Source: Omnitrophica bacterium GWA2_41_15 (GTDB lineage: Bacteria; Omnitrophota; Gorgyraeia; Gygaellales; Profunditerraquicolaceae). Taken from it: a stretch of 64,000 nt of DNA. Each line of letters begins with the position of its first letter. The stretch's first letter is position 1. The position numbers and the translations under genes are program-made. Under the pieces are notes generated by a model, which was not told the DNA's origin, did not search any database, and was given only the letters and a program-made list of their open reading frames with translations. Shown piece after piece: positions 50,085 to 60,158 of the stretch. The stretch is from NCBI GenBank assembly GCA_919901915.1, contig CAKKQB010000028.1, forward strand, positions 38,499 through 102,498, in the 5' to 3' direction.

Positions 50085-53000
50085 ATGCGCAAACTTATAA
50101 TTTTAATTATCCTTATTACCTTTTCCTTCACCTCCTTAGGCTTCCCCCCAGGTTCTGCCTTCCCTTCCTGTCATTCCTGCGAAAGCAGGAATCCAGTCTC
50201 AACCCTTACTTCGTTACCTAAGCGTCAACTCTGCCAATCCCCGTAATTATTTTAATTTCCTCTTAGATGAAGGAGGCTATCAGCCTTCAGCTGAAAGCCG
50301 AAAGCTGATAACTGACAGCTTAACAGATGAAGCCAAAAAACTCATCCATTATTTTTTCCTCGGCATTACCCTACCCTCAACCGCGTTCTGGGTAAACCTA
50401 CAACCAACTCAATCAGACAGAATTACCTCAGATGAACTCTCTAAGACTGATTTAGGCAGAACCCTGTTAGAGCAAGACTTACAACTTAAGAAAGATATGG
50501 CTAATTATTTGCATCCCAAGAATCCCGTAGGCAAACTCTATTGGGAAAAACTCTATTCTGCAATCGGCAAAGAAAAAGCCAAGAAAGCTAAAATTACTAC
50601 CTCAAATCGTGTCTGGATTACTCCGAATCAAGCAGTGGTTATGGAAACTGAAGACGGAGCCTTGGTTGCTAAGGCAACCCTAAAAGTAATGTTGGAGAAC
50701 GAATATCTGAGTAACCAGACACCTCCGCGGTGGCCGAAGGCCTCCGCGGAGGTGGAAGCGGTTAAGAATGAGCAAACCCAACAACTCAGCGAGCAACTAA
50801 TGAAAGAAATCATCATTCCTGCAATAACTAAGGACATCAACGAAAGCCCACGCTATGCGCCCTTGCGCCAGGTTTATTACTCTTTAATATTAGCAGAGTG
50901 GTATAAGAGAAAAGTTAGCCGAAAGCTGACAGTTGATAACCCATCCCCTTACGCCCCCTATATTAACTCCGGCACAACCGCCGGTTTGGAATCCGAAGTC
51001 CCTTGGAAAAAGCAAGCAATCTGGCAGGAATACCTAAAAAGCTACCAACAAGGCGAATACAAACTTCAGGATACGCTTTTTGGCCTAAAGAGGATGTATT
51101 TTAGCGGGGGGATAATAATTGAGTTAGGCAATACCCCTACTTTAACATCTATCACTCAAAAAAAATTATTAAATAATCCCGATTTAGCAAAGGGGTTAAG
51201 CATTTCAAAGAATCCTAATGAAGCACTTGTTATAGTAAATACTATTTTGGAAGATAATAAGCAAATCGCCAGCTCGTCTATGGATGGTCAATCTAATGAT
51301 CGATCTTTGGTTTATGAGCAGTGTTCTTTTGATTTTATAAAAGATGAAAGGAAAAAAGTTTTAGACATTCAAGCTGAAACTTTATTCAAAGAAATGGATG
51401 AATTGCAACAAAGAATAAATGCGCTTAATATTGTTAGCGACCTTTCCAAATTAGTTTGTAATGAAGATACACTTATTCGTAAAATTGGTGGAATTCTCTC
51501 TTCCTTTAAAAATTTAAAACAAAAAGTAGGCGCATCTAAGGAAAGTCTTTCATATGAAAGACTTAATAATAGGCTAAAAGAATTGGAAGAGTTACTATTT
51601 GAAAGATGTTATTTTTCAGTTTTGAAAGATTTGGAGAAAGAAAGATATAATGAGATTAGGTATGTTCAGAAGTTTTTGACGCTAAGATTATGTAGGGAAT
51701 CTTTAAATCTTATTGATTCTTTCATTAAGCATTTCCCGGATTTAAGCAAAGAAGAGCGAAAAAAATACTTATGGAATACTGAACTGCAGGTAGCTAACGT
51801 CCTTATACGGGATGATCTTTTTAGGGGAATAACGGCAAAGAATGATATTGCATGGATTAAAGATATGATGATAAAGGGTAAATTTCTTAGTGTCGCACCT
51901 CCTTTAAATAACTGTTGGTTATCGGCAAATTATTTTTATTCAACATTTAGATATAATGATGAATCTCCGCGAGCAAAATTGCTTTGTATCTTAGATGCTT
52001 TCCGAATATATGGGCATGTTTTAGCAGAGGAAGAATACTTCTCCGAATCGGAAGAGGAAAAATACTCCGACGCATCGGGATGGAGAAGCTGTTTAGAGGG
52101 TGACTTAGAAGATATCCTTAGTTCTTTAGATACAAAAGAATTTTATCAGATATCATCTTTGTCTAAGTTAGTTTCCTTAATTAAAAAAGAATTGAAAATC
52201 AAGAAGAACCCTTTGCTTAAGTTATTTAGAAAAAGTTTGTTTCAAAACGATGAAATAAAAGAATGTATTACTGAAATTGCCCTTTATTTTTTAAGGCAAA
52301 AAAAGGCATCGTATCCATAAGCGCTAACTTGATAGACGAATACGATTATTTTTTTGAATTAGAATACGCAAAAATAGAACCGTTCTTTTTGGATCTAATT
52401 GCGAAATTATACTTCCAAAAATTCAAGCCTACAAATTTAGTATTATCTCATAAACGGAAAGAAGAGAAAAAGTATATTAAAGAATACATAGAGCAGGCAG
52501 TTAAAGAAAATTTAAAGATATTGGGACTCTCTGAAACGGAAGATTCATGGGCTAATGTTCAAAACGCCCATCGGGGATTGGCTAAAAAATATCATCCTGA
52601 CCTTAATCCAGGGAAAAACACGCACGAAGAGTTTATAAAAATTCAAGGTGCGTATGAGTTTTTAGAAAATGATAGAAAAAAAATTTTCCTATTAAATCGT
52701 CTGCTTCGCCGATAAAAAGCCAAGAATTTGTTTCTTCGGCAGTGGTTCAAGAACCAGATTTAACCGAGTCAGCCGACGCGGTTGCCAAGGGCAGCCCCTT
52801 AGTAAACAAAGATCACCGTTTTCTTGCAAAAGATCAACCCGACTCTTCAGTGCTGGAAACAGATATCAAGGAGGATACTACCAACTCGCCGACGGCGGCT
52901 GAACTTGCCTCTTTGGCGGTGAGAATATCTAAAAGTAATCTAAAAGATGTTAATAACGCTTCTTTGAATATTATTCAAGCCAAGGTCAATCCTAATTTAA

Positions 53001-54430
53001 GGGGTGATTTTAAAATAGCAATTCCTGGGGCGATAGTAGATAATACCCCAAAACCTGATAAGAAAATAGACAGTTCAAATAGCATAGAGAATAAAATTTT
53101 AGATTACATAACAAGGCATAGAGTAGACCCCTATGAACTTATTATGAAAAAATTTGAAGAAGGTTACCAAGTTATTACCTTAGGAGAAACGCATCATTGC
53201 AAAAAAATGCAAACCTTCTTCCTTTCTTTAATTAAAAGGTTAAAACAATCTCAGGATAATAATGTAATAATAGCCATGGAAGATGGTAATTCTAAATACC
53301 AACCGTATATTGAAAGCTTATTCTAGAGTTTAAAAGATGTAAAACCGGAGGCCCGAATTGAACATATTAACCAAGTATTATTTGATGCAACTAAAAAATT
53401 AGGAGATATAAATCATGAAGGTGTAGGAATTAGCGGCGTAACTAACTTGCTTTGTGAAACAATAAAGATAGCCTTCGAAAATAATATCAAAGTAATCTGC
53501 GTAGATCCAAAAAGGCCGTTTACAAGACGTGATGAAGAAATGGCTAAAAATATCGGAAATATTATAGAAAAAAATCCTGGAATTAAAATTCTTTTTTATG
53601 GAGGAGCAAGTCATGCTGCAAATACGTCTTATATTCAGAAGGGTGGGTGGTATCGCGACGAAGATGATGTCGCCCTTTATACCTCTCTAGGTAAATATCT
53701 TAAGACCCGTTATTCTTCAAAAAAAACGTACACTATTATTTTATCGAGCGATAAAGACCTCTTTCCTTATTTTGATGGAGGATGGTTTAGCCGAACATTT
53801 AACTTACCTTCTAATAATCAAATAGAGAAAATGGTTTTTGCTTTAGATGGATTAAAAGAGACGATATTTTCTCAGGATCCTTGGTTGTTTACAGGCGAAG
53901 AGGATAAGTGGGAAAAAATGTATGAAGGAAATAATATGCCGAGTTGGACAAAATATAAGCGTAGCAAATACAATATGTTAGGAAATGCAGCAAATGGCCT
54001 TATCTTTTTAGGCGCAACTTATCCTACGGCAGACAAAAAAACCTGAATTGGTTCTTTAGCGCTAAAAACACAAGACCTGACACTTATGGCCCATAATTCA
54101 GATACAGGTGGCATCGATCTCTCTCAAATCGAACTCACGCTTAAGGACGAAGCGTATATGTCAGGCCTTAACCCCGCTGACAGAAAAATCCTCTATGCAG
54201 CCAACGCGTTAAAAAAGGACTGGGAAAGCCTTTCACTGCTTTATGTCCATGAAATAATGCTACTTTTAAAAGACAACCTTGTCTCGGATATACAGAATAA
54301 AACCCTTTTCCTTGATATCCTCAACCAACTCAAAGTCAAGGAATTCCTTAACCCACAGGCCGTGCAATTCCTTAATCTCATCCAGTCCCAAAAGCCCCTT
54401 TCTGAGATAAAACTCGCGCTGTATAATTAA
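50085..54430 (+). pseudogene. Fragmented ~1450-codon secreted modular protein: signal peptide, conserved N-domain, DnaJ-like domain, ChaN/EreA-like hydrolase domain, GGIDL C-terminal region
   Basis: ORFs 50497, 52329, 52742, 53447 and 54086 join into one frame via shifts at or near C6 (50144-49), A7 (52298-304) and A8 (52676-83), plus in-frame TAG (53324) and TGA (54044); HPD motif; LGETH..E..D..RD..M..GASH. Confidence 0.75.
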
Positions 54431-54506
54431 AATCGCAGCCAATCGCAACTGAATAATATCTATCTAACAATTTTAAATTGTGGTATAATTAAATTGTTAA
54501 AAAAAA

Positions 54507-54824
54507 ATGAGAAAGGAGCGTAGGATGTTTACAAAGAGTGATATATTGAAAGTAATCCAAGAAAATACGGATGAAATCAAAACCTACGGTATTAAAAGAA
54601 TAGGAATTTTTGGTTCATTTGCTAGGGCCGCAGAGAAGGATAAAAGCGACATTGATGTACTTATTGAATTTAAGAAAGGCAAAAAAGCGTTTGACAATTA
54701 TATGGAGACTAAATTTCTTTTGGAAAAGATATTTCATCGCAGGGTTGATTTAGTAATAAAAGAGGCATTAAAGCCTGAAATTAAAAAAAATATACTTCGT
54801 GAGGTAGTATATGCGAGAATATAA
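54507..54824 (+). CDS. Minimal nucleotidyltransferase (MntA-type antitoxin); start probably 54525
   Basis: GIFGSFAR....SDIDVL, VDLV; overlaps the HEPN gene. Confidence 0.9.
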   Translation: MRKERRMFTKSDILKVIQENTDEIKTYGIKRIGIFGSFARAAEKDKSDIDVLIEFKKGKKAFDNYMETKFLLEKIFHRRVDLVIKEALKPEIKKNILREVVYARI

Positions 54825-55164
54825 TCTTTATTTAAACGATATCCTTAAGAGTATTAAGAAGATAGAGAGAGAGAGAGAGATATATATATATACAAAAGGG
54901 CTAACCTTAAAACAGGTAATGAAGAATGAATTAGTCGTTGATGGAGTTGCCAAGAATCTGGAGGTGATAGGTGAAGCGGTAAAAAATATTCCTTTCCAGA
55001 TAAAAGAAAAATATCCGAAGATTGAATGGAAGAAAATTGCCGGTTTAAGGGATATTTTAACCCACGAATATTTTAGTATAGATTTGGAAGTCTTATGGGA
55101 TATTACACAGAATAAATTACCTATTTTGAAAAAGCAGATTTTAACATTACTGCTTACGAAGTGA
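54811..55164 (+). CDS. HepT-like (DUF86) HEPN ribonuclease toxin with an in-frame microsatellite
   Basis: D.V..NLEVIGEA, I.WKKIAGLRDILTH.YF (RX4H). Confidence 0.9.
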   Translation: MREYNLYLNDILKSIKKIEREREIYIYTKGLTLKQVMKNELVVDGVAKNLEVIGEAVKNIPFQIKEKYPKIEWKKIAGLRDILTHEYFSIDLEVLWDITQNKLPILKKQILTLLLTK

Positions 55165-55483
55165 AATAAGGTAATTCTCGCGGCATTGGCCTCAACCAAC
55201 TCAAGGCCAATGCCTCTTTTTCAATATCAAGTAGATACAATCCGCCGCCAAACGCAGTCTCTAAAATCCTGAATTGTGGTTCAGTGCTAGAGCCAATGGA
55301 TAACGCCCGCATTTTCTGAAATAACGGCAGTTCTTTACTCAACGCCCTTATAACCTTGGTCAGTTCCTCTTCAATATCAACCTTGTCATTACTGTAGCGC
55401 GACCAGATTTTATCTTCATGGCTTAATTTTAAACAGCCGGTCCTAACACCTGCCTCAATTATTTTTTTATCGGAATAATTCAT
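55154..55483 (-). pseudogene. Probable truncated N-terminal fragment of a class I SAM-methyltransferase-like gene
   Basis: ALSIGSS..P and LYLLDIE (motif I/II-like), then an abrupt unrelated tail converging on the HEPN gene. Confidence 0.45.
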
Positions 55484-56759
55484 TTTTTATTAATTCAATT
55501 GCCCTTTTTGTTGACCCCTTATTTTTAAAAAGCGTTTCTCCTGCCTTGCGGCCTATTTCCTTAGCCTGCCCGGGATCAATAAGGAGCTCTTTTATTTTTT
55601 GCTTTAGAGCCTCAGGGCTATTTACCATAATTGCGGCATCATCAGTCAAGAATAAATCAGTGATACCGCGAAAATTAAAGACGTGAGGGCCGAAGAGGAT
55701 TGGTTTTTCTAGGGAAGCGGGTTCTAAAATATTATGCCCGCCCTTTTGGACAAGGCTGCCGCCCACAAAGACAATGTCTGCGATTGTATAGTAACTCATA
55801 AGTTCTCCTATGGTATCTAGAATAAAAACTGTTTGCCGGTTTGCCCATTCACCCGTTAACCCGTTAACCCGCTCACCCATTAACCCGCTCACCCTTAAAG
55901 AATTAAATTCATATTTCTTTATCACCCGCTCTATCTCTTTAGCTCTCTCCGGATGCCGCGGGGCAATAAGTAATCTTAAATAAGGAAACTCCGACGATAA
56001 TTCTTTATAAACACTTAATATTATTTTCTCCTCCCCCGGATGCGTACTTGCCGCCACAAAAAGCTTTTCACGTTTTTCTAACCCTAATTTTTGCTTATAA
56101 TCCGTGTCCTTCGTGAATTTTTTATCCGTATAATCCGTAGTATCAAACTTCAAATTTCCGCTCACTTTGATTTTTTCCCGCGCAACCCCTAAAGCCGCGA
56201 ATCTTTCCGCGTCAAGTTGAGTTTGAACGCAAAAGAGCGAAATTTTGGTTAAAATTGGCTTTAATAAAAATTTTATAACTGAATACCCCTTAAAAGAGCC
56301 ATCTGAAATCCTGCCATTAACGGTAACAATCGGAATCTTTCTTTTATGGAGGCAGGAAATAAGATTCGGCCAAATTTCGGTTTCTGCCAAGATAAATAAG
56401 GATGGATTTATTTTATTTATTACTATCCGGACTAAGAAACTTAAATCTAAGGGAAGATACGTTACAAAGTCAGTTTCTTGGGCAATACTCTTTGCAATTT
56501 TATTTCCCGTGGCAGTTACAGTTGAAATTACGAAATTTTTACCGGGATAAGCCCTTCTTAACTCCTCCAATAAACTCCTTATCGCCATTACCTCGCCCAC
56601 ACTTACCGCGTGTATCCAGATGGGCCTATCTAATTTCAATCCCCGCGGCAAAATTCCCAATCGCGCCAAAAACCCCTTATGAAACTTCCTTTTAAATAAA
56701 TATACGGGTAAATAAATAAGCGCGAAAATCAAAAATATTAAATCGTATATTATAAACAT
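55467..56759 (-). CDS. waaA: KDO transferase carrying 8-mer and 9-mer repeat insertions
   Basis: WIHAVSVGE, ETEIWPN, NGRIS, GNLKFD, ASTHPGEE, APRHPER, DTIGEL, GGHN.LEPA. Confidence 0.97.
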   Translation of the reverse strand: MFIIYDLIFLIFALIYLPVYLFKRKFHKGFLARLGILPRGLKLDRPIWIHAVSVGEVMAIRSLLEELRRAYPGKNFVISTVTATGNKIAKSIAQETDFVTYLPLDLSFLVRIVINKINPSLFILAETEIWPNLISCLHKRKIPIVTVNGRISDGSFKGYSVIKFLLKPILTKISLFCVQTQLDAERFAALGVAREKIKVSGNLKFDTTDYTDKKFTKDTDYKQKLGLEKREKLFVAASTHPGEEKIILSVYKELSSEFPYLRLLIAPRHPERAKEIERVIKKYEFNSLRVSGLMGERVNGLTGEWANRQTVFILDTIGELMSYYTIADIVFVGGSLVQKGGHNILEPASLEKPILFGPHVFNFRGITDLFLTDDAAIMVNSPEALKQKIKELLIDPGQAKEIGRKAGETLFKNKGSTKRAIELIKNELFR

Positions 56760-56762
56760 ATC

Positions 56763-56783
56763 ATTAGTGATTAGTGATTAGTG
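56763..56783. repeat. Heptamer arm downstream of the four-helix-bundle gene
   Basis: ATTAGTG ATTAGTG ATTAGTG. Confidence 0.9.
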
Positions 56784-56795
56784 CCCCTTTAATCT

Positions 56796-57164
56796 TTAAC
56801 CACCATTCACCTTCTTTTTAAGTGAGCTTATTAAGGCATTTAACATCTTCTTAATTTCAAGCAGATCTTTTACTAATAAATTTAATTCTTTAGAAAAAAC
56901 AAACTTCAGATTACTGGATATAATCAACAAAGTTTCTATCTCGCCACAAGAAGCTAATGCGATATATAAAAACTGAATATATTCATTAGTATATCTTCGG
57001 GTGTAACCTTCAGATATATTTGCTGGCACAGAAACCGCGGCTCTTCTAATTTGACTCACTAATCCATATAATTCTTCTTTAGGAAATGGGATTGTTTCTT
57101 GATATATCTTAGTTACAAAATCTACTGCTTTTTGCCAAACAATTAATTCCTTAAAGTCTTTCAC
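56796..57164 (-). CDS. Four-helix-bundle protein (23S rRNA IVS protein / TIGR02436 family)
   Basis: F.EL.VWQKA, FP.EE.YGL.SQIRRAAVS.PANI.EG, FL.IA..S..E. Confidence 0.93.
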   Translation of the reverse strand: MKDFKELIVWQKAVDFVTKIYQETIPFPKEELYGLVSQIRRAAVSVPANISEGYTRRYTNEYIQFLYIALASCGEIETLLIISSNLKFVFSKELNLLVKDLLEIKKMLNALISSLKKKVNGG

Positions 57165-57171
57165 TTTTTCT

Positions 57172-57203
57172 CCCTAACCCTAATCCCTAATCACTAATCA
57201 CTA
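57172..57203. repeat. Heptamer arm upstream of the four-helix-bundle gene, inverse-complementary to 56763-56783
   Basis: CCCTAA CCCTAAT CCCTAAT CACTAAT CACTA. Confidence 0.9.
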
Positions 57204-57205
57204 TC

Positions 57206-58075
57206 TTAGGCCCGCGGATGCGCCTTATCATAAACGTTTTTCAATTTCTCGGTAGTGAGATGGATATAAATCTGCGTAGTTGAAAGGCTCGCGTGGCCCA
57301 GGAGCTCCTGAACCGTCCTCAAATCCGCTCCGCGATTTAATAGGTGTGTGGCAAAACTATGCCTAAAGGTATGCGCTGATACGCCTGATTTCACCCCGGC
57401 TATATGAATATATTTTCCCACGATATCCATCACGCCTCGGCTAGTTATGCGCTTCCCGTTTTTATTTAAAAATATAGCGGCTATCTGCTTCTTTTTTTTG
57501 TCCTGATATTTTCTTATTGCTGTTAAAGCAGTATCGCCAATAGGAACAAGGCGCTCTTTCTTGCCTTTTCCTAAAACCTTAATTGTTCCGCTGATAAAAT
57601 CAATATTCTCTAAATTTAACCCGACTAATTCCGAAATTCGCAATCCCGCGGAATAAAATGTCTCTAAGATTGCCCGATCGCGCAAGCCTAATAGATCTTT
57701 TTCACTTTTCGCGAAAGCGCCCTCAATTAATTTGGCTGTCTCCTCTTCAGTCATAAAAGATGGGAGGCGCTTTTCTTGCTTGGGACTTGAGATCGCGAGC
57801 ACAGGATTAACTTTTAAATAACCGTCGCGGGTCAAAAACCTAAAAAAACTGCGTAACGCGGAAAGCCTGCGATTAACCGTCCGTGACGAGAGATTTTTTT
57901 GTTTTAAAAACCCCAAGTACTTTCGCAAAATAAGGTAATCAATTTTTTCTAAATCAGTTTCGCCAATAAATTTCGCGAAATCTACCAGATCTAATTTATA
58001 ATTTAAGATTGTATGAGCTGAATAATTCTTTTCTATCTCTAAATAACGGGCAAATTTTTCAATATACTTTTCCAT
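57206..58075 (-). CDS. xerC: Tyrosine recombinase XerC
   Basis: RDRAILE..Y..G.RISEL, GKG.KER, H.FRHSFATHLL..GADLR.VQELLGH..LSTTQIY, HPRA; after topA. Confidence 0.92.
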   Translation of the reverse strand: MEKYIEKFARYLEIEKNYSAHTILNYKLDLVDFAKFIGETDLEKIDYLILRKYLGFLKQKNLSSRTVNRRLSALRSFFRFLTRDGYLKVNPVLAISSPKQEKRLPSFMTEEETAKLIEGAFAKSEKDLLGLRDRAILETFYSAGLRISELVGLNLENIDFISGTIKVLGKGKKERLVPIGDTALTAIRKYQDKKKKQIAAIFLNKNGKRITSRGVMDIVGKYIHIAGVKSGVSAHTFRHSFATHLLNRGADLRTVQELLGHASLSTTQIYIHLTTEKLKNVYDKAHPRA

Positions 58076-60036
58076 TATTCCTTATCAGAGGGGAGGGTCT
58101 TTGAAATGAATCTGCATTTCGGGAAATTTGAGCAACCGTAAAAAAGGCCTCTTTTTGAATGGCGTTCAATCAACTCCCCGCCGCAATTTGGTTCAAGGCA
58201 TTTTACCCCTGAAGTAATGGATTTGGAATTCTTACAGTTAGGAAAATCAGAGCAACTTAAAAATTTCCCTCTTCTTCCCCATTTTATCACCATCGGTTTC
58301 GCGCATTGAACACAAATCTCTTCGGTTACAATAACCTCTTTTTTAATATTCGCCTGCGCGAAGTCAAGGCTCACTTTAAAAGGTTGGTAAAAATCTTCCA
58401 ACACCTTCAATTTATTGACGCGGCCATCCTCTATCCCGTCAAGCTCTTCCTCCATAAGCGCGGTAAATTTTAAATCCATAATTTTAGGGAAATACTCAAC
58501 CAAGAGGTCACAAACCTTAAATCCTAACTCAGTAGGAGTAAAGTAACCTTTAATTCTGCGCGCGTAATCGCGGTAAATTAATGTAGAGATTATAGGAGCA
58601 TACGTAGAAGGCCTGCCAATACCCTCCTCCTCTAATGCCTTAACCAAAGAGCTATCTGAAAATCTCGCTGGCGGCTTTGTAAAATGTTGCGACGGGATTA
58701 ATTTAAGCAAATCTAAAACCGAATCTTTTTGCAGTTCAGGAATTTTATTTTTTTCTTGAGCCTCGTCATTTTTATTATAAACAGCGCTAAACCCATTAAA
58801 GACAAGATCGCTTCCTGAAGCTGTAAATAAGTATTGATCCGCCATAATACTAACGGAAACTTGAAGATAACGGCTAGGGGTCATTTGACTGGAGACAAAA
58901 CGATTATAAATAATTTCATATAGTTCGTATTGATCAAGAGTTAAAAATTCCCTCAGGCTCTCAGCGGGCCTTGTGATTAAAGTAGGACGAATAGCTTCAT
59001 GCGCCTCTTGAGCAAGCTTCTTTACCTTATAGACATTGGGTGTTGGGGGCAAATAATCAACTCCAAAATTTTTAGTAATATAATCTCTTACTTCATTTAT
59101 TGCTTCCGGAGCTGCCCGAGGTGAATCAGTACGCATATAAGTAATTAAACCCACGGGATTATCATTGCCAATATCAATACCTTCATAAAGTTGCTGCGCG
59201 ATAATCATGGTTTTAACGGCATTAAACCTTAACTTATTAAATGCTTCCTGCTGTAAGGTACTCGTAATAAAAGGCGCTTCCGGAAAACGTTTCTTTTCTA
59301 TCTTTTTTATATCTTGAACCCGGAATTCTTTGCCCTTTATTTCTTCAACTAACCTGTCAGATTCTTCCTTATTTTTTATCTGCGCTTTTTCATCTCCTAT
59401 TTTTGCAAGCTTCGCCAAAAATGAGCCTTCAGCCTCGGGGCGCTTGAATTCCGCCTCCATCTCCCAATATTCCATAGAAATAAAGGCCTTAATCTGTTTT
59501 TCTCTTTCAATAATCAACCGCAAGGCTACTGATTGAACCCTGCCCGCGCTTAAACCTCGGGCTATTTTTTTCCAAAGCAAAGGGCTCAAAAAATAACCGA
59601 CAATCCTATCCAAAACTCTTCGGCCAATCTGCGCCTCAATCATTCCAAGATTAAAATCACGTGGTTTTTTAAACGCCTCAGCAACAGCGGAAGAAGTAAT
59701 TTCATGAAATTCAACGCGCAAAACCTCTTTATCTTTAAAAAGTTTCTCTTTAAGCTGCCAGCCAATCGCCTCGCCTTCCCTGTCAGGGTCAGTAGCAATG
59801 TATATTTTATCTTTGGCCTTGGCCTCCTTCTTAAGAGAACTTAACATCTTCTTTCTCGTGGAAATGGTTGTATATTCCGGCTTAAAACCATTCTCAACAT
59901 CTACACCAAGCTTTCTCCTGGGAAGATCGATTATGTGGCCCATAGAAGAAGTTACCAAAAATTCAGGGCCTAAAATCCTGCCTATCGTCTTTGCCTTGGT
60001 CGGAGATTCTACTATTACTAAACTTTTAGCTTTCAT
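58075..60036 (-). CDS. topA: DNA topoisomerase I
   Basis: LVIVESPTKAKTI, ATDPDREGEAI, SAGRVQS, LITYMRTDS, GIGRPSTYA, Zn ribbons. Confidence 0.98.
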   Translation of the reverse strand: MKAKSLVIVESPTKAKTIGRILGPEFLVTSSMGHIIDLPRRKLGVDVENGFKPEYTTISTRKKMLSSLKKEAKAKDKIYIATDPDREGEAIGWQLKEKLFKDKEVLRVEFHEITSSAVAEAFKKPRDFNLGMIEAQIGRRVLDRIVGYFLSPLLWKKIARGLSAGRVQSVALRLIIEREKQIKAFISMEYWEMEAEFKRPEAEGSFLAKLAKIGDEKAQIKNKEESDRLVEEIKGKEFRVQDIKKIEKKRFPEAPFITSTLQQEAFNKLRFNAVKTMIIAQQLYEGIDIGNDNPVGLITYMRTDSPRAAPEAINEVRDYITKNFGVDYLPPTPNVYKVKKLAQEAHEAIRPTLITRPAESLREFLTLDQYELYEIIYNRFVSSQMTPSRYLQVSVSIMADQYLFTASGSDLVFNGFSAVYNKNDEAQEKNKIPELQKDSVLDLLKLIPSQHFTKPPARFSDSSLVKALEEEGIGRPSTYAPIISTLIYRDYARRIKGYFTPTELGFKVCDLLVEYFPKIMDLKFTALMEEELDGIEDGRVNKLKVLEDFYQPFKVSLDFAQANIKKEVIVTEEICVQCAKPMVIKWGRRGKFLSCSDFPNCKNSKSITSGVKCLEPNCGGELIERHSKRGLFYGCSNFPKCRFISKTLPSDKE

Positions 60037-60072
60037 TTTAATTCAACGGGTTAAATAATAATTCTATTATTT

Positions 60073-60096
60073 GGGCGGTTCACGGACCGCCCCTAC
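60073..60096. repeat. Single GTAG-type REP
   Basis: GGGCGGTTCACGGACCGCCCCTAC. Confidence 0.8.
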
Positions 60097-60158
60097 AAAA
60101 AAATGGTGTCAGAACTCCCTATCCCTGCTATGGTTTGGGTTCAATTATAAGTTATAAA

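Noticed and set aside
53324-54046. Stop-codon reassignment or Sec/Pyl readthrough
   Set aside because: TGA and TAG terminate conserved genes normally here (ispG, serA, tig, lptB), and the same gene also has frameshifts, so decay is simpler.
57172-57190. Telomere-like TTAGGG repeats
   Set aside because: Only about three units, embedded in a period-7 arm complementary to 56763-56783.
57206-58075. Integron integrase mobilising the cassettes
   Set aside because: Typical XerC length, motifs and topA-linked context; no IntI-specific insertion and no attC-like sites recognised.
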